Assembly (NCBI RefSeq): GCF_009914755.1
Contig: NC_060940.1
DNA: 64,000 nucleotides
Source of the DNA: the human T2T-CHM13v2.0 reference genome, Homo sapiens
Strand: one strand, 5' to 3'
A program made the position numbers and the translations under genes. This document shows, piece after piece, positions 58,528-64,000 of the stretch. Within the stretch, counting starts at the first letter, position 1. Every line of letters starts with the position of its first letter. The notes beneath the pieces were generated by a model. The model worked only from the letters and a program-made list of their open reading frames with translations, was not told the origin of the DNA and ran no database searches.

Positions 58528-58600
58528 GCCCCAGTGGCCTGATGGATAAGGTACTGGCCTCCTAAGCCAGGGATTGTGGGTTCGAGTTCCACCTGGGGTA
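58528..58600 (+). tRNA. TRR-CCT5-1: tRNA-Arg(CCT) variant (A14G, C61T)
   Basis: GCCTGATGG and GTTCGAGTT deviate from the 17501 copy. Confidence 0.9.
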
Positions 58601-60128
58601 AGACAACACCGACCGTAGGTGACTTGGGGTAAGGTATCACGCCTTTTAAAAAGGACAAAGCATGGAGACACATAAGTAGAAAAACTTTGCAAGAATAAGA
58701 AGAAACGGCATGAATTTGGAAGAAAAACAGGGCATTAAACAAGACACACAATCTCCTCTCTCTCTAGGATGAGAAGAGTGAAGATTTTACTTACCTCTCT
58801 CCACATCAAAGGGACAAGAAAAAGCAATGTACAGCTTTTGTATATATCAAAGTGGGAAAATGTTGGAGGCTGGTTTTCTGTTTTGGTTTGTTTGTTTGGT
58901 TTGGTTTGTCTTTCTGTTTTAGAAAGCACCCCTTGTATACACACCTCTTTGGCCCACACGTTCCATTTCATAGAAATAAGAGTACCATGTATGTACAAGG
59001 ATGTTTTATTGCAGTAATTTTGTTCAAAAACGGGAAGGGAGATGACCATGAATAGGGGATGAATTGAATACAGTTTGTTTCATTAATGTTGCTCAACCTC
59101 AGAAAAGAACGTTCAATCTATCCTGGTTGACTTGGATATCCCCCACGGGAGAGATGTATGACACTTTACAAAACAAGCAGCGACTCTGAGGCCCCAGATG
59201 TTTGTGTATGATCAGTGCCAAAGGCTCTTGGCACTCGGGCCAGAGGAGAGGAGGGGAGAAAAAAGATTCTAGTAAAATGGAAAAATATGCAGATCAAAAG
59301 TAAACAGGAACAGGAGAAAACAGAGGTCTCTTTTGGAATTTAAGGGGGGCACTTGCGGAATTGGAAGTGAGGTGGGCAGATGATCATGTGGACTTAATGT
59401 GGTTTATGATCGTGAGTGATTTAGGTCTCGCTATGTTGTTCAGGCTGGTCTGGAACTCCTGTGCTCAAGTTATCTTCCTGCCTCGGCCTCCCAAAATGCT
59501 GGGATTACAGGCGTGAGCCACCGCCCTTCTTCTGTGACTTCTGATAGTGACTCCTGGGCATGAAAGACCTCGAGGGTGGAGTCTTGGCATCGGTCCAGGA
59601 TTTGGGGTCCAGCAAGTGCTGTCCAGATTGGCGTGTCACTCAGTGAGCACTCTGGTGGCGGAAGGCCCCGTGTCCCCCGGAGCACAATGCCAGCCGTGCT
59701 CCGGGAAGCGCATCCCGGCCCAGGAGGGTGCTTCTTGCTCAGAGCCCGGGTCCTGGACCCAATCTCAGACCCTGCGCCTCCGGCGCTCTCCCCCCAACCG
59801 TTCCTTCTCTTCCTGCCGCTACGGAAACAGGAGAGAATCCTCCCTAAAAAGACAGGTAACTCATTGTGCTAATTGCGTTTACTATTAAAAAAAGAAAAGA
59901 AAAGAAAACAGAAAAAAAGGCAAAAAACAAAACAACAAACAAACCAAAACAGCTACCGCGACTTGTGTGCGGGTTAAACGACGCACTAGCTTCAAATGCG
60001 GGCGTCCATCCCAGTGAGAAAGGAAACAGGGCCCGGCGCGGTGGCTCAGAGAGGCAAGGCCGGGAGATTACCTGAGGTCAGGAGTTCGAGACCAGCCTGG
60101 CTAACATGGTGAAACCCTGTCTCTACTA

Positions 60129-60257
<129 letters not shown>

Positions 60258-60762
60258 TTACAAGCCCGGGGGACAGAGTGGAACTCAAAAAAAAAAAAAA
60301 AAAAGAAGTGAAGACCAGCAACTACCTCTGATACAGAATCCACCCTCTTTCTTTTTCTGTTTTGAAAGTCCATTTTGTTAACTGCTATATCCCCAGTGCC
60401 TGGCACACAGAGGTGCTCAATACATATTTGAGAGCATGAATTACTTTATTGGGCAATGTGGCCCCCAGTACATCTGGGCACACCTTGGGACTGAGAACAT
60501 AGGGTGGGATGTACCCTCCCACCTGGGTGCGCAGCCCCACCAGGTGGGTTTGGTCACTGAGCCCCTGCCTGGGGCTTCCAGGACCCCAGAGTCTCTGTGC
60601 CACCCGCCAGCAGGACGCGTGGGTCACGTCTCTCCTGGTGGACTTTCTCTTCTCCTGGGAAGGGCAGGACCCAGCGAGCAGTTGGTGGCACTGCCTGATT
60701 CATCCTCACGTTCATGTCAAGTGGTGAGCACACACTCCATTATCAGAAAACCTTGCAGTTAT

Positions 60763-60835
60763 GCCCAGCTAGCTCAGCCGGTAGAGCACAAGACTCTTAA
60801 TCTCAGGGTCGTGGGTTTGAGCCCTGTGTTGAGCA
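60763..60835 (+). pseudogene. Degenerate tRNA-Lys(CTT)
   Basis: 73 nt; C56T (GTTTGAG); anticodon-stem and T-stem mismatches. Confidence 0.85.
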
Positions 60836-61181
60836 CATGTTTCCTTTTCCTTTGCAGCCCTAGGCTGCAGAGAAGGTTGAGACATGGAGTACTCTCAGGT
60901 CTTTGCCCAGTGAAAGTTTTTGGATGAAGGTTAGTAACGTTTAGCAAGACTTAGGAGATGCTAATCGGGGCCATTAAAGTTTTAAAGTAAAAATATTATT
61001 ATTATTATTTTGAGATGGGGTCTCCCTCTGTTGCCCAGGCTGGAGGGCAGTGGTACGATTACAGCTCACTGCATCCTTGACCTCCCAGGCTGAGGATATC
61101 TTCCCACCTCAGCCTCCTAAGTAGCTGGCACCACAGGCACGCACTACGACACCCAGCTAATTTTTAAAATTATTTTTGTAG

Positions 61182-61298
<117 letters not shown>

Positions 61299-61436
61299 TG
61301 AAATTAATCTTTTTTTTTTTTTTTTTTTGAAATGGAGTTTCGCTGTTGTTGCCCAGGCTGGAGTGCAATGGCGTCCTGCAACCTCCGCATCCTGGGTTCA
61401 AGCAAGTCTCCAGCCTCACCTCAGCCTCCCAAGTAG

Positions 61437-61646
<210 letters not shown>

Positions 61647-61934
61647 TAATTTTTGTATTTTTTTCAGTAGAGACAGAGTTTCACCATGTTGGCCAGGCTA
61701 GTCTCGAACTCCTGACCTCAGGTGATCCGCTCTCCTCAGCCTCCCACAGTGCTGAGATTACAGGCATGAGCCATCACACCTGGCATTTTTTTTTTTTTTT
61801 GTATTTTTAGTAGAGACGGGGTTTCACCATGTTGGCCAGGCTGGTCTGAAACTCTTGACCTCAGGTGGTCCACCTGCCTCGGCCTCCCAAAGTGCTGGGA
61901 TTACAGGTGTGAGCCACTGTGCCCAGCCCAAAAC

Positions 61935-62160
61935 TAATCTTAATAATACATTTTATTTGAACAAATGTTTTATGTCACAAGTAATCAATATATACATTAT
62001 CAATGAGATAGGTTATGTCGTTGTTGGTTTTTTTTTCTCTCATTCTAAACCTTCAAACTCTGGCATGCTTTCCTCTAAGGCACATCTCAACTTGCACAGG
62101 CCACATGTCAAGGGCTCCAGAGCCACCTGCTGCTGGGGGCCAGTTCCTCAGACAGCGCAG
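61935..62160. mobile_element. MER3-like hAT-Charlie DNA transposon remnant (similar fragment at ~37210-37400)
   Basis: GCACATCTCAA..GCCACATGTCAAG..GACAGCGCAG terminal motif. Confidence 0.6.
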
Positions 62161-62192
62161 TCCTACATCTGACTACAAGCTTAAATGTGGCT

Positions 62193-63172
62193 GGGGAGAG
62201 AGGGAGAGGGAGAGGGAGAGGGAGAAGGAGAGGGAGAGGGAGAAGGAGAGGGAGAGGGAGAAGGAGAGGGAGAGGGAGAAGGAGAAAGAGAGGGAGAAGG
62301 AGGGAGAGGGAGAAGGAGAGGGAGAGGGAGAAGGAGAGGGAGAAGGAGAGGGAGAGGGAGAAGGAGAGGGAGAAGGAGAGGGAGAGGGAGAAGGAGAGGG
62401 AGAAGGAGAGGGAGAGGGAGAAGGAGAGGGAGAGGGAGAAGGAGAGGGAGAGGGAGAAGGAGAGGGAGAGGGAGAAGGAGAGGGAGAGGGAGAAGGAGAG
62501 GGAGAGGGAGAAGGAGAGGGAGAAGGAGAGGGAGAGGGAGAAGGAGAGGGAGAGGGAGAAGGAGAGGGAGAGGGAGAAGGAGAAGGAGAGGGAGAAGGAG
62601 AGGGAGAGGGAGAAGGAGAGGGAGAGGGAGAAGGAGAGGGAGAAGGAGAGGGAGAGGGAGAAGGAGAGGGAGAAGGAGAGGGAGAGGGAGAAGGAGAGGG
62701 AGAGGGAGAAGGAGAGGGAGAAGGAGAGGGAGAGGGAGAAGGAGAGGGAGAAGGAGAGGGAGAGGGAGAAGGAGAGGGAGAGGGAGAAGGAGAGGGAGAA
62801 GGAGAGGGAGAGGGAGAAGGAGAGGGAGAAGGAGAGGGAGAGGGAGAAGGAGAGGGAGAGGGAGAAGGAGAGGGAGAGGGAGAAGGAGAGGGAGAGGGAG
62901 AAGGAGAGGGAGAGGGAGAAGGAGAGGGAGAGGGAGAAGGAGAGGGAGAAGGAGAGGGAGAGGGAGAAGGAGAGGGAGAGGGAGAAGGAGAGGGAGAGGG
63001 AGAAGGAGAAGGAGAGGGAGAAGGAGAGGGAGAGGGAGAAGGAGAGGGAGAGGGAGAAGGAGAGGGAGAGGGAGAAGGAGAGGGAGAGGGAGAAGGAGAG
63101 GGAGAAGGAGAGGGAGAGGGAGAAGGAGGGAGAGAGAGGGAGAGAGAGGGAGAGAGAGAGACAGAGAGAGAG
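62193..63172. repeat. ~970-bp polypurine tract of GGAGAG/GGAGAA hexamers
   Basis: No pyrimidine on the + strand from 62193 to 63161. Confidence 0.98.
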
Positions 63173-63378
63173 ATTATAAGGAATTGGCTCACGCAGATGG
63201 AGGCTAACAGGTCCCCAAGTATGCAGGGTGAGTTGGCAAACTGGAGACCCAGCAGAGCTGATGGTGTGGTTCTAATCCGGAGGCTAGCAGGCAGGAGGCC
63301 CAGGAAGAGCGGGTGTTTTCATGGGATTCTGAAGGCACAAAATAGCTGGTGTGCCATCTGGCTGAGGCAAGTAGGCTG
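63172..63378 (-). mobile_element. MLT2 (ERV-L LTR) fragment
   Basis: TTATAAGGAATTGGCTCAC..GGAGGCT..GGCAAACTGGAGACCCAG..GCTGATGGTGT. Confidence 0.7.
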
Positions 63379-64000
63379 ACATGTTTCCCCTGTTGGTGGT
63401 GGGGATGACACATGCAGAGAGAGGACAGGCTTAACCCCTTAAGCAGGGGAAATGCCTGATGAACATGGGTGTTTTAGGGGAATCAACACAGTTCTGTACA
63501 GATATGCAAGCGGGGACAGGGAACAGGTAGCTCTCCTGGGCCTGGTCTATGTTGGACCTGATGGTGGCAGCTGGCAGGAGATGAAACAAAACAACAGTGA
63601 GACTTTGTACTTCAGGTGAAAGGGTAGTGGCGAGGTCCTGCCTGGTAGAAACCATGAGGTCTTCTGACCCTTTTTGTTTACCCTTAAGAAATCACAGCGG
63701 TGGACGCGGTGGCTCACGCCTGGAATCCCAGCATTTTGAGAGGCGAGGCAGGAGGATCACTTAAGCCCAAGCGTTCAAGATCAGCTTGAGCAATATGGCA
63801 AAACCCCGGCTCTACAAAAAATACAAAAATTAGCTGGGCTTGGAGGCTGTGATGGGAGGATCGCTTGAGCCCAGGAGCTTGAGGCTGCAGTGAGCTGTGT
63901 TCACTCCTCGGCACTCCAGCTTAGGTGACAGAGCAAGATCTTGTCACAAAAAACGAAAACAAAAACAAAATCAAAACCCATTAAAGAAGGTGAGGATGGT

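Noticed and set aside
62015-63379. Long EG/PS/RG/ER-repeat ORFs (330-454 aa)
   Set aside because: A purine-only hexamer repeat cannot contain stops; no coding or splicing evidence.

Overview
Alu-dense primate genomic DNA, recognisable as human 16p13.3. From left to right: (1) five coding exons of ZNF213 (SCAN-KRAB-5xC2H2, 459 aa by my splice reconstruction), with a minisatellite in its 3'UTR. (2) The 11-exon caspase-16 gene CASP16P, a degenerate N-terminal caspase-like domain followed by an intact His/QACRG caspase domain, broken only by a 1-nt frameshift in exon 3. (3) A ~45-kb tRNA cluster (Arg-CCG/CCT, Lys-CTT, Pro-AGG/CGG/TGG) with intact genes, variants and relics, mixed with Alus, solo LTRs, an ERV-L gag relic and VNTRs. 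It includes a ~4-kb-arm inverted duplication and ends in a ~970-bp pure-purine tract. Most ORF-track entries are Alu-, repeat- or GC-derived noise. The most notable observations are: frame-rescuing splice options and a duplicated exon in CASP16P; a tRNA-Pro 'intron' that is a local templated insertion and lacks a Pol III terminator before two Alus; and a split L1/MLT1 element implying a ~9-kb inversion. Repeat-family names and tRNA locus symbols come from recall of consensus sequences and cluster order, not from a search.
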